A stretch of DNA of 60,000 bases from Schmidtea polychroa (lineage: Eukaryota): assembly GCA_044892525.1 (NCBI GenBank), contig CM097885.1:37388001-37448000 (forward strand). Direction: 5' to 3'. Positions 12,292-24,891 of this stretch are shown here, piece after piece. Position 1 is the first letter of the stretch. Each line of letters starts with the position of its first letter. Below the pieces are notes generated by a model. The model did not search any database, was not told the origin of the DNA, and was given only the letters and a program-made list of their open reading frames with translations. The position numbers and the translations under genes were made by a program.

Positions 12292-12825
12292 TTAATTTTT
12301 ATTTAAAAATCGACAAATAATATACAAGATAGCAACACCTGTTGCAAGTTTAATATAGTTTTTAAACTTTCTTTTATGCTGGTCGATTTCCTTGGCATTT
12401 CGGGCGAGTTGATTTAATGTAGCCCATCCGCCATTGACTTCTATCCATGGAGTAAACTTTGACTTGATTATCTAAAAATTGAATATTATCAAAATATATA
12501 GATTATAAAAAAAATTACTTCTTGAGACCACTGATAGTAATATGCTGAGTCCTATAAACTTTTTTCTATGATAATTTTCATATGATAATTTTCTATGATA
12601 AATTATTCGGGTCCACTTCATTTCTTCATCGCATAGACAATTGAAAATTCTGTTAACATAAAACTTGTTTGTTTTAAGGCATTCCATTTTGAGCATGTCA
12701 TGGTAATCAATATGGTTGCCTTTAATAATTTTTTCGGTCCGATCGATCAGGAAACTAAGGCTTTCGATAATGTTCCTGTTGACTACCTCATTTAACATGT
12801 TTTCGAGGAGATTTATTTCCAACAT
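12292..12825 (-). pseudogene. Bcl-2 family-like gene, apparently disrupted, with 47-nt intron 12472-12518
   Basis: BH1-like IFNCLCDEEMKWTRII; last exon IIKSKFTPWIEVNGGW (BH2-like) followed by tail anchor KLATGVAILYIICRFLNKN*; frame broken at an AATTATCATA triplication ~12560-12605. Confidence 0.6.
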
Positions 12826-12959
12826 TTCTACAATAATTTTAAATATAATGTCTCATTTATACTGCGGAATTGTGCGCCATATGATTTTGATTGGTTGATA
12901 GACTATAACTGTAAAATATATGAGTTTTGATTTGATACAACATGAATACAATATTTTAA

Positions 12960-13442
12960 TTGGTAATTACTATAATAAGTGTGTGCTTACACAATACAAA
13001 AATAACGGTAGTGTCTTCAAATAAATCAATATGTGTTTGTCCAAATACCGCCAAGTTGATGGATATTTTATATATTCTTGACAAACCAAAATGGGCAAAG
13101 CATCCAGGAAAAAGAATATCTGAAAGATTGGAGAATTTAGAAAACAGCTATGATCTATCATTTGAATGTATACAAAATATAAAATTTAAATTAATTGATC
13201 ATATTGAAATTTTCAATAAATCAATTGTTGAAAATAAAAATAAAATGATAATTATCGATAAGAAACATGATCATTTGTCAAGAAAGATTGAATTATTATT
13301 AAGAGAAATTCAAACAATCAAAGGATCAATAGAATATCTGAAAAACAATTCAACGTTACCAATTTCAAACAATATTGCTGAAAATTTGAGTACATCAATA
13401 TTTATATTACCAGTGTTAATTTTAAATTATTTTATTGTTTAA
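12960..13442 (+). CDS. Hypothetical 160-aa coiled-coil protein with hydrophobic C-terminus
   Basis: Open ORF in very AT-rich DNA, heptad-like middle, C-terminal IFILPVLILNYFIV; no recognised family. Confidence 0.35.
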   Translation: MVITIISVCLHNTKITVVSSNKSICVCPNTAKLMDILYILDKPKWAKHPGKRISERLENLENSYDLSFECIQNIKFKLIDHIEIFNKSIVENKNKMIIIDKKHDHLSRKIELLLREIQTIKGSIEYLKNNSTLPISNNIAENLSTSIFILPVLILNYFIV

Positions 13443-13494
13443 TGAATGTATTAATGTTTGATTGATTTGTTTAATAATACCTTGTTAATAATAC

Positions 13495-13582
13495 AGTACC
13501 CTTGCGAGTTGTTGAGTGTGAGCAGTACCTTTGTGAGCAATACCCATAGGGGGACAGAATATTTTTTCGGATAAACTCGGAG
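13495..13582. mobile_element. Terminus of TA-flanked TIR family (type B end)
   Basis: ...AATACCCATAGGGGGACAGAATATTTTTTCGGATAAACTCGGAG|TA, matching ends at 23202 and 38247. Confidence 0.7.
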
Positions 13583-14199
13583 TATATATAATAATAATAA
13601 TATTTATTAAAACTTTGAAATAATAATAATAATAACGTCTTCCGCCGCGGGCTTTAATATCTTTAAAACTAATAATGATAATAATAATGATAATAATAAT
13701 ACAATTAAAAAGATCCTGCACTGAGCTTTAAAGTGAGCTATCGTCTAATAAAATCGGTTGATAATAACAATAACTTTTGGCAGGTCAAAAAGTAGGGCTC
13801 CGCTAGCACAAAGACATTATTTTTGAAAATATTAATATTTAACTATCAGTCATTGTATTTGTAGAGTTTTTATATAGAGTTTTACACAAGGAACTCATTA
13901 ATAATATAAATAAATTGTTATACTCTTACTCTACATTTGTCACAAGGAATTGTGGCTACTGACAACCGCAAATTTCCATTTGTTGTCCAGGGTAGTCAAA
14001 CTCCGACAATTGGGAATGTGTTTGTTGTTATTTATAATAATGACCCATAGTTTTATTTACTTACTCGTTTATGTATTCTTATTTGGGGTTTAACTGATGA
14101 GCTACCAATTAATAAATAACACAAACTCGAGTTCAACATTATTTATTTTATAAATATAATATATATATAATTTAATCCATTTTTATTTCCAATCGTTTG

Positions 14200-14660
14200 G
14201 TTTCATGTCGATACCGTATTATCGTTTCTTTTCGTTCATATATTACACCATTGACGGTATATTCATTTATAAAATTTTTGATTTTTTAATTAATAATTTT
14301 GTACTTTAAATTATTATTTTGAATTTGGTGTTTTATTGATTTGTCACCTTATTTTTGTACCTCTCTTGATAAACCCCAACACTCGGAACTGTCTTTCAAT
14401 TATACCATTGGTATTCTAATGGTATGGACTTAAATAAACTATTTCTAGTCTGTTACATTGGTTATTCTTTTTATACTATTCGCTTCAAAGGTCTTTCCAT
14501 AATATATAGTTTTTTGGGTGCACCAAATTTCAAAATCCAATTATTTAACAAGATTTTGCTTACTGTTTCGCAATTTTGCTTACTTATTGCAGTTAGTGAA
14601 ATATATCTGATATAATGGTCATTTATAGCACAAATGTATCTTTTGTTGCAAACTAGTAGA
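14200..14660 (-). pseudogene. Gypsy integrase remnant related to the 4159-11779 element
   Basis: RYISLTAISKQNCETVSKILLNNWILKFGAPK parallels RYISLTAVAKQDEKTTADTIVKFWILKYGAPR. Confidence 0.75.
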
Positions 14661-14730
14661 GACAAGTGTGCTCCATGACTCATCGTTTCTTTGTCATTTT
14701 TTGCACTACCCCCCTGATGACTCATCGCTA

Positions 14731-15567
14731 TGTTGGGGTTCAGTAGGAACCGGAATAAAAAGTATTAGGAAAGCTTTAGAAATAAATAAAAAATTAATTA
14801 TTAATAGTATTAAATAAATACCAAAAATAGAATTAAAATTACTAAGTTTAGAACTTAATTATAAATAGTAATAAACAATTACTATATTTAGATTTTAAAT
14901 AATTATAGTATTTTATTATATATAACTACACATATTTAGTAATTAAATAATTACTAAAAATAGATATAGGTAAGTAAAAAATAGTATAAATATAATTAAA
15001 AAATTTAGTTTGGAGGACGACAAAAATTGTTACGAAATTATCGATCAAGCACAATCCAGGATATTTATAGAATCACTCATTACTAGTGTTTAGAAATTTA
15101 GAACATTAGTGTCGATCAGAAAATTTAGAAATTTAGAATATTAGTGGCGATCAGAAATTTAGAATATCTGAAATTTAGAATACTAGAGTTGATTAGAAAT
15201 TTAGATCGATTGGAAATTTAGTCTCAATAATTTTTCGTTTGGAATTTGAATCCAGTATCTATTAGCCTCAATTGAAATTAAGCCTAACAACCAATTTTCC
15301 GTTCACCTATAACGGGCTGTTGGCGCATTTAGGGCCAGCCTTGATTCTTTGAAATAATCTTTAGGGCGGTTTGTATAACCGATATCTGTACTTTAACGTG
15401 CAGCTAGTTATTATTTGGTTATCGTTTTGTATTTAATATATATTTCGTTTAAATAAATCTTTAATTCATATTGTTATTTATTTGTTAATTATTCACGCGC
15501 AACCTTACATATAATTTGTGGAGTCAAATCTTTTTGTGTTAGATCAAACTACCCATCGAATCTAACA
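14731..15567 (+). mobile_element. Solo LTR (family A)
   Basis: TGTTGGGG...CTAACA, 4-bp TSD GCTA, homologous to 53089-54267. Confidence 0.88.
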
Positions 15568-16019
15568 GCTAAACAAAGATATATGACTCATCAAGGGCAC
15601 GTGACTCATTGATGACATCATCGATGGCTCATCAAGGGCATTCTATTTTTAGTAACAATGGCTCTTCATTTTTAAACAAAGACGAATATATATATATATA
15701 TATATCATTCGAAAGGTATTTGTGAGGTCTATCTAATGGTCATATCTTCGAGGCATATGGTTGGTCAATAACCTTCAAAGGGTCAAAAACCTTCGAATTT
15801 TTTCAAACCATATATATATCATTCAAAAGGACTTTTGATGGTGAGTTCGAAGGTCAAAGGGTCCAAGATTCAAAAATTTTTAAACCTTATAAGTAGGTAG
15901 ATAGTAGCCTACGGGAACAATGGGGGGGTCCCCCCATTGTTCCCAAATTTTTATTACGCAATTGTTCCCAACTCATTTTTTTGCTTTCAGGGATTTTTAG
16001 TCCAAATTTTTTTTATCAC

Positions 16020-16715
16020 ACTATAGTGAGGGGGTCTCGATGGTCCTGGGATTTTCAATACAAAAAATATTTTTCTATACAAAAATCCGACTACCAATAA
16101 AAAAGCATGGAATTTTCAGACTATAGTGAGGGGGTCTCGATGGTCCTGGGATTTTCAATACAAAAAGGTGGTCTTCAATAAAAAAGCATGGATTTTTCTA
16201 GGTCAATTCGGGTGAGTCTCCTTGGTCCTGAGAAAAAGGTGGTCTACACTAAAAAAACGTGGTAATTTAAGGTCTCAGGGTATTTTCAATACAAAAAGCT
16301 GGTCTACACTAAAAAAGCATGGTAATTTAAGGTCTCAGGATATTTTCAATACAAAAATCCGACTACCACTAAAAAAGCCAAGGATTTTTCAGACTATAGT
16401 GAGGTGAGTCTCCTTGGTCCTGAGAAATAGGTGGTCTACACTAAGAAACGTGGTAATTTAAGGTCTCAGGATATTTTCAATACAAAAATCTGACTATCAA
16501 TAAAAAAGCATGGATTTTTCGAATTAAATTAAGGTGGGTCTCCTTGGTTCTGTGAAAAAGGTGGTCTACACTAAAAAAACGTGGTAATTTAAGGTCTCAG
16601 GATATTTTCAATACAAAAATCCGACTATCAATAAAAAAGCATGGATTTTTCGAATTAAATTAAGGTGAGTCTCCTTGGTCCTGAGAAAAAGGTGGTCTAC
16701 ACTAAAAAACGTGGT
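16020..16715 (+). repeat. Subterminal modular repeats (GGTCTACACTAAAAAA, GGTCTCAGGATATTTTCAATACAAAAA); mirror ~32641-33240
   Basis: Same modules recur in shuffled order; copy number differs between arms. Confidence 0.85.
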
Positions 16716-17430
16716 AAATTTTTCAATTACAGTAAATTATGGCTCAAATTTTTGAATTACAGTAAATTATGGGTCTAAAAAATTAAATTACAGTAAATAA
16801 TGGTTCAAATTTTTCAATTACAGTAAGTAATGGGTCTAAAAATTAAATTACAGTAAATTATAGTTCAAATTTTTAAATTACAGTAAATTATTGTTCTAAA
16901 AAATTAAATTACAGTAAATAATGGTCCTAAAAAATTAAATTACAGTAAATTATGGTCCAAATTTTTGAATTAAAGTAAATTATGGTTCTAAAAATTAAAT
17001 TAAAAGTAAATTATGGTTCTAAATTTTTCAAATACAGTAAATAATGGTTCTTAAAAATTAAATTAAAGTAAATTATGGTCCAAATTTTTTCAATTAAAGT
17101 AAATTATGGTTCTAAAAAATTAAATTACAGTAAATTATAGTTCTAAAAATTAAATTACAGTAAATTATGGCTCAAATTTTTAAATTACAGTAAATTATGG
17201 TCCAAATTTTTGAATTAAAGTAAATTATGGTTCTAAAAATTAAATTAAAAGTAAATTATGGTTCTAAATTTTTCAAATACAGTAAATTATGGTCCAAATT
17301 TTGAATTACAGTAAATTATGGTTCTAAAAATTAAATTAAAGTAAATTATGGTCCAAATTTTAAAATTAAAGTAAATTTAGGTTCTAAAAATTAAATTAAA
17401 GTTAATTAAGGTCCAAATTTTAAAATTAAG
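16716..17430 (+). repeat. ~31-bp minisatellite (AAATTACAGTAAATTATGGTTCTAAAAATT); mirror ~31930-32640
   Basis: About 20 degenerate tandem units. Confidence 0.9.
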
Positions 17431-17679
17431 TAATCAATGGTAAAAAATTTTAAATAAGTAAATTAAAGTAAGATTTTAAAATTTATTAACAAAAAGTTGA
17501 AGGTGTTTGAGAATTGAAATTTTTTAATGAAAATTTTTATGGAATAATTTTTTAAGTAATTTTTAATGGAAATTTTTATGAAATATTTTTCAATGATAAT
17601 TTTAGATCGAAATTTTTAAGATAATTTTTAATGAAAATTTTTATGAAATATTTTTCAAAGACAAATTTTAATAATAATT

Positions 17680-19090
17680 CAACAACAAACCAACAACTTA
17701 GTACCAACAACCAGTAACTTATGAACATGTATTAACAACCAGATACCTACAACTAGTTACTAACAACCAGTTACCTGATACCAGATACCTACAACTAGAT
17801 ACCTACAACTAGTTACCTGATACCAACTACTAACAACCACCTACCCATTAACTAGCTACAACCAGCTAACAACTAGCTACCACCTACCAAGTACTAACAA
17901 CCAGTTACCTGATACCAACTACTCACAACCAACATCAACCAGCTAACAACTAGCTACCACCTACCAAGTACTTACAACTAGTTACTAACAACCAGTTACC
18001 CGCTACCAAGTACTTACAACTAGATACCACGTACTAAATAACTCTCAAACAACAAAGTACCTACAACTAATTACCAGATACCAAGTACTATCAACCAGCT
18101 AACAACCTGATACCAACTACTCACAACCAGATAACAACTAACAACCAGATACCAAGTACTTACAACTAGTTACTAACAACTAGCTACCAACTACTAAGTA
18201 CAAACAACCAACATCAACCAGGTACTAAGCATTATCAACCAAGTACTAACAACTAGATACCTAGTTACTAACAACCCGCTAACAACTAACAACTAGATAC
18301 CAAGTACCAGTAAATTACGAACATGTATTAACAACCAGATACCTACAACTAGTTACTAACAACTAGTTACCTGATAGCAACCAACTAGCTACCACCTACC
18401 AAGTACTAACAACCAACATCAACCAGGTACTAAGCATTAATTACCAACTACTAAGTACCTACAACCACCTACCAACTACTTATAACCAACTACTAAGTAC
18501 CTACAACCACCTACCAACTACTTATAACCAACTACTAAGTACCTACAACTTGTTACTAACAACTAGCTACCACCTACCAAGTACTAACAACCAACATCAA
18601 CCAGGTACTAAGCATTATTAACCAACTACTAAGTACTAACAACCAGCTATCAACCAGATACCAAGTACATACAACCAACAACAACTAGTTACTAACAACC
18701 AGTTACCTGCTACTAAGTACCTACAACCAACTAGGTACTAGATACCAAGTACCTACAACCACCATCAACCAGGTACTAAGCATTATCAACCAACTAAATA
18801 CTAAGTACTAACAACCAACCAACTAGGTACTAGATACCAAGTACTCACAACCGACAACAACCAAGTACTAAGCATTATTAACCAACTACTAAGTACCTAC
18901 AACCAACTAACAACCACCTACCAAGTACTAAGCATTATTAACCAACTACTAAGTACCTACAACCAACTAACAACCAAGTACTAACAACCAAGTAACTTAC
19001 CTAGTACTAAGCACTGTCAACCAACTACTAACAACTAGATACCAAGTACTAAGCACTGTCAACTAGATACCAAACCCTTACAACCAGATG
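17680..19090 (+). repeat. Strand-asymmetric C/A-rich complex satellite (ACCAACTACTAAGTAC type); mirror ~30310-31740
   Basis: Almost G-free on + strand, built from recurring short modules. Confidence 0.9.
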
Positions 19091-19417
19091 ACCACATGAA
19101 ATTATTGGTTAAATATGAAAATAAGGGTTATATTTAGTTGTTAAGTAAATTATGGTGTAAAATTAAGTAATAAAGAATAATTAGGTAAATTAAGGATAAA
19201 TTAAGGAAAATTAAGGTTCAAAATTTAAAATTAAGTAACCAATGGTTCAAATTTTAAATTAAAGCTAAAGGAGTAAATTAAAGTAATAATTTTTAAATAA
19301 GTAATGTAATAAGTAAATTAAACTAAAATTTTTAAATTTATTATCAAAAGATTGAATAACCACCAACTTTTTTGAGAAATGTAATTTATAATGAAAATTT
19401 AAATGGAAATTTTAATG

Positions 19418-19419
<2 letters not shown>

Positions 19420-19493
<74 letters not shown>
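19420..19493 (+). repeat. (TAA)n microsatellite; shorter mirror at ~29924-29980
   Basis: Perfect trinucleotide run. Confidence 0.95.
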
Positions 19494-19913
19494 TCAACAG
19501 TTCCCAACAATCGGTTACTAAATATTTTTAACTAGATGCTAACAAATAAATACCAAATACTTTCAACATGATCCCACGTACAAACTAACTACTTACAATC
19601 AACTAAATATTCTTTATTGTATTTTATGAATTGTATTTTTTATACAGCTTCTATAATAATTTTAATTACAATCAGTAGAAAAACCTTTTCAAAATGTCTA
19701 AATTTAACAAAAATGTTGATTTTCATCAAAAAACCACAGCTCAATCACTTTAAAACACCACGTGAAATTCAAAATAATTTAAATTACAATGAAAGACTAA
19801 TGAATTCTAATTTACAAAACATTCTTCTTTTAAATGATAACTACTGACTTATTATTGCAATGTAAAAATCGCATTCAATAAATACTTATTGTTGATCAGT
19901 TTTATTATATATA

Positions 19914-22900
19914 TTCTGAGTTTATCCGACAGGATGTTTTGACCCCCTAAGGGTACAGGTCGCAAGGGTACTGGTCGTAAGGGTACTGGTCGTAAGGGTA
20001 CAGGTCGTAAGGGTACTGGTCGTAAGGGTATTAGTCGTAAGGGTACTGGTCGTAAGGATATTGCTAACTCTCAACCCCCCACCTACCCATTAACCACCTA
20101 ACAAGTACCAACAACCAAGTCTCAAACAACTAAATACTAAACACTTACAATCAACTAACAACCAGGTACTAAGCATTATCAACCTACAACTATATAACAA
20201 CAATCAGTAAACAACACTGTACCAACTACCAAATACAAAATATTCTTCATCGCATACACTATTTTCTTATCAAAATCTAAAAAGTCAACCAACTACTTAC
20301 AACCAACAACTATGTACTAACAAATTGATCTTTAAAAGCAAATACTCATCACTTGAAAAAATTAGATGAAAAATTAATTGAACTCAAGGCACTTTTAAGA
20401 TATTTGAACTCAAGGCATCAATAACTTGGTAAAAATTGATTAAATTATTGTAAAAATTTAAATTATTCAAAATATACTAAATTAAAAAAATATAATTAAT
20501 GGACAAGAAAGAACATTAAATTTGAATCATTAAGTCACTTGCAAGATTTGTAAGATACTGGATAGTAAATAAAAAATACTAATCATTCAAGTTAATTTGA
20601 ATCAACTAAGATAATAAATTAATAAGAATTTTGAAATAAGATCTAGTAGATAATTGATTTAGATTGAATAAATTAATTGAAATAAAATTAATTTTAATTA
20701 TTTTTTTAAAAGTAATACATGTACTCAAATTGATTGACTGATTTCTCAATATATTCAAAAAATCAGTATAAATTCATTACAATTATCAAAGTCAGCAATC
20801 TACAATAAAAATAATTATCATTAAATTCCAAAAGAGACTAGATAACTAATGATAACATCTAACAAACCAGTAAATTCATTCAAATGACAATAATTGGTAT
20901 ATCCAAGTGAATTCTCCAATAAAATCATCTAAAAAGCATCATTTCCCCCTAAATATATCAATATTTAAAGATTGGTATTTTAATGATAAATACTTGTTAA
21001 AGATCATATATTCTCCTCAAACTAATAAGATTCCTTAAAATCCCTTAAATGACTATATTTCAACCCTTAATTCATATTATTACAAATAATTCATTAAAAT
21101 CATCTAAAAAGCATCATTTCCCCTAAATATATCAATATTTAAAGATTGATATTTTAATGATAAGTACCCGTAAAGGATCATATATTCCCCTCAGACTAAT
21201 AAGATTCCTTAAAATCCCCTTTAAGTGACTATAATTCTAACTTTAATTCGTATTATCACGAATATTTCCCTATAAAACATGTAAAATCATTAACCCTAAA
21301 TAATTTATAAAATCTAATGATAAAACTGGTTTTGTTAATCACTGTACTCGATATTTTAAATAAATATTACTACAATATAACTGACTAGGTCCCATTGAAA
21401 GATTTATCCATTCAATAAAATATATTTCTTCAAATGATCATTTTTACCAATATTCAACCGATTTAATTACTAATTAAAATCAAGATTTCTTCCAATAAAG
21501 ATCAATTTTCTTTAGTCGATGTTTTAAGTCCATATTTATCAACTTTTGTCATTCTCCCTCTTAAATAAAGATAAAAATAATTTAAAGTTGATATCAATCC
21601 AAATTATCTCTAAAGATTTCATTGTCAAAACCAAGTAAATCGGTCATTAACACTACTTAATAAAACCCTGGATAATTAAAAGAAAATTTAATAAAACATT
21701 GTTCTAAAACATAAATCTAAATTAATATACAATGAATTAATCACAACCTAATAAAACGATATAATTTCACATTATTAGTGATTCATAACTGACTAATTGC
21801 AATTTCCCTTAAAACATTGATATTTTACCAACATTACCCATGTAAATATTCAAAAGATTCCCATCGAAACCCATCCCTCATTAAAAGCAACCGACTATAT
21901 CTCTCTTAAAATGAAATATTTCCCATATTAACCGACTATATCCCCATTAAAAAATCATATATTCCCACCTTATCTGATCTCTCATTAAATCTAACCGACT
22001 ATATCCCTTTAAAAATCATATATTCCCATCTTAACCCATCCCTCATTAAATTTAACCGACAATATCCCATCTTATCCGATCTCTCAGCAAATAATTCTAC
22101 CCTTTTAAACATCTATCCGATTATATCCCTTATTTTCCCTAAAGATTCCGCCCACTTGAGCCCTTTAATATATATCAATCCTCTTAAAATCCTCAGAGAA
22201 ATTCAAAAATATGACTTTTAATTAATTGTTATAGAACCAGACAAATAATAAGAGCCCATTAAAAGATCAAAATTCACTAAATTTTCTACAAATATTTATC
22301 ATCAAATACTGGAGATGATATATATTGTTTGATCATAATTCTTCAGCTATTCAACCAATCATTTTCAAGCAATAACAGCAAACTAAATTTCTGTATATCC
22401 TACAATAATTATCAAGTAAATTTAAAGTCATTGATAAAGTTGGTTTCTTAGCTTATGTTTTTTAAAGTGCATCAATGTGTAAATATTCTTAGAAAATTAT
22501 TGAAAAATTATTTAGTCAAATACATTACAAAGTTATCATCAAAAATCACTTAATTATTAACCTAATTGTCAATGAAATTAATTTTTATTTAAAAACTATT
22601 CAATAAAATACAACTAATTATCAAGAAATTAATTAAATTTATCAATTAAATTTATCAGTCAACATGAAATTCTTAGAAAATTATTCAATATCCTCATAAA
22701 AATTTATCATATCACTTCATTATTGTAAAATCTCTAATTATTAACCTCATTGAAATTAATTTTTATTTAAAATTAAAAAAACAAGTCAATAAAAATACAT
22801 CCAATTATCAAGAAATTAATTAAATTTATCTTAGAATTAGCATTAAATTATTAAATATTCATTCAATAAACATGAAATTTGCAAAAATGTTAGAAATCCA

Positions 22901-23202
22901 TGAAAATGATAGATATCTACAAAAATTACGGATATTCACAAAAAAGTACGGAAATCCACAAAAATGATAGAAATTCATAAAAATGATAGAAATCCGCAAA
23001 AATGATAGAAATTTACTTGAATAAAACCATCAACTCTAAAAATTATCAATGAATGCCTTAAACACATTTGCCTAAATAATCATTCAAATAAAAACATTAA
23101 ATACCTTTACGACTAATACCCTTACGACATGTTGAATGTGAGTAGTACCCTTGTGAGCAATACCCATAGGGGGACAGAATATTTTGTCGGATAAACTCAG
23201 AG
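19914..23202. mobile_element. Non-autonomous TIR element (TA-flanked, Tc1/mariner-like target) nested in the left arm
   Basis: TA|TTCTGAGTTTATCCGACAG... and ...TGTCGGATAAACTCAGAG|TA; 15-bp tandem GGGTACTGGTCGTAA near left end; no ORF. Confidence 0.7.
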
Positions 23203-23800
23203 TATATATTAATTGACTCATTCAAATTTATCATTGAATTAGTCAAATTATCGTAAATTTCGATAAAAAATCTAAAGTGGTAAGCAATGTAAAGAGAAAT
23301 ATTCTTTAAACTTTGATAAAATTAACAATGAAGGTGGTAAGAATCTTCATTAAAGTGAGGAAATTATTCATTACTCGATTCAAATGGGTGAAAATAATTG
23401 GTAGAATAATTCATTAATGGAGGTAGATAATGAGAAGTAGTATAGATAAGATGAAGGTTGATAAGAATGGATGTATTGCAACTATTTTCTAAAAATTAAT
23501 ACTTTAATAAAAAAAACTTTTAAAACAAATATTTGTGGGGATGTTTTAAGTGAATAATTAATCAAAATCGGCGGAATATAAGTAGAAAATCGGGGTGGGG
23601 GTTATAGGCGAATAATTAATGGAAATTCTAAGGGATACAAATGATTAAATAGTGGAAAATCGTGGGAATATAAGTGATAATAATTAGTGGGGTATTGAGA
23701 ATCGGGGAATATAAGTGAGGAGGATATATAATTTAAACTAGTTTATTACATAACAAGCCGTAACAGGTGTATTACATAACAAGCTGTGAATGGTATTTTA

Positions 23801-24735
23801 CCAACATTTTACTAAATTTTTAAAGTATGTAATTTAATTTTAATTATATTTTAAAATTGTATATATTTTGAATATCATTCTTTTGTTTAATTTCAATAAT
23901 AAGTTTAAAAAATCTATAATAATTAATAAATTAATATCTTGTTAACATTTATTTGAGAATTTAAAAAACTTTAGTTAAAATTAGTGAAGTATTTAATTTT
24001 AATTGTATTTTATAAGACATATATTTGAGTATTAACTTATTTTGATTGAAGTATCACATTTAATATTGTGATGATTGTTTTCTAAATCGAAATATTTAGT
24101 GTAAAATAGTAAATTTAATAATAAATAGCTACAATATTAAAGGTCTTTTTTTAAAAAAATATTTACTTTCTATTACCTAATTCCATCATTAAGTTTAAAA
24201 AGTCTATAACTGTTAATAATTCAATTTCTTATTCACATTTTCTAATAAAACTTATATTTTTAAATTTAGTGTAAAGAATTTAATTTTAATTGTATTTTAT
24301 AAGTCATTTATTTGAATATTTATCTTATTTTTATTGAAAGGAGTAATATAATTAATAATATGATAATTGTTTTTGAAATATTTAGTGTAGAATAATAAAT
24401 TTATTAATAAATAATTATTACAATATTAAAGGACTTAGTCATAATTTTGGAAAAAAAAATAACCTAAGTAACTTTTTATTTCTATTACATAATTCCGTCA
24501 ATAAGTTTAAGTCTATACCCGGTAAAAATTAATTTCTTTTTTACATTTATTTAAAAAAGCTTTACTTATAAAATTTATATTTTCTAAGACTTATATTTGA
24601 ATATTAACTTATTTTGATTGAAAAGTGTAATTGATTTAGAAATTATTTAGTGTAAATCAAAACATTTAAATTATTAAGGTATTAAAGTACCTATTCAAAA
24701 ATTAAAAAAAAAAAGACCTAATCAATAATTCTCAA
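23801..24735. repeat. Central spacer of the palindrome; degenerate ~290-bp tandem repeat, about 3 units
   Basis: TATATTTGAATATTAACTTATTTTGATTGAA-like blocks near 24020, 24310 and 24590. Confidence 0.7.
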
Positions 24736-24891
24736 TAAAATACCATTCACAGCTTGTTATGTAATAAACTAGTTACGGCTTGTTATGTAATAAACTAGTT
24801 TAAATTACATATCCTTCTCACTTATATTCACTATTATTCTCCACTATTTAATCCCTATATTACCCCCGATTTTCCATTAATTATTCGCCTA

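Larger units (their letters stand above)
15892..23800 (+). repeat. Left arm of giant inverted repeat (~7.9 kb)
   Basis: Reverse complement of 24736-33370 apart from indels in tandem arrays and scattered SNPs. Confidence 0.95.

Noticed and set aside
14090..14140. Hammerhead ribozyme core CTGATGAG
   Set aside because: No stem II or GAAA at the required position; a similar partial motif near 51130-51152 (minus strand) also fails
16020..17430. CRISPR-like array
   Set aside because: Tandem or shuffled repeats without unique spacers, eukaryotic context, no cas genes
17680..19090. Telomeric repeat tract
   Set aside because: Strand-asymmetric but lacks a regular TTAGGG/TTAGG-type unit
19617..19847. 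76-aa ORF and its mirror 29570-29800; also the 16222 / 32876 pair
   Set aside because: Short, non-ATG starts, no motifs; identical only because of the inverted repeat
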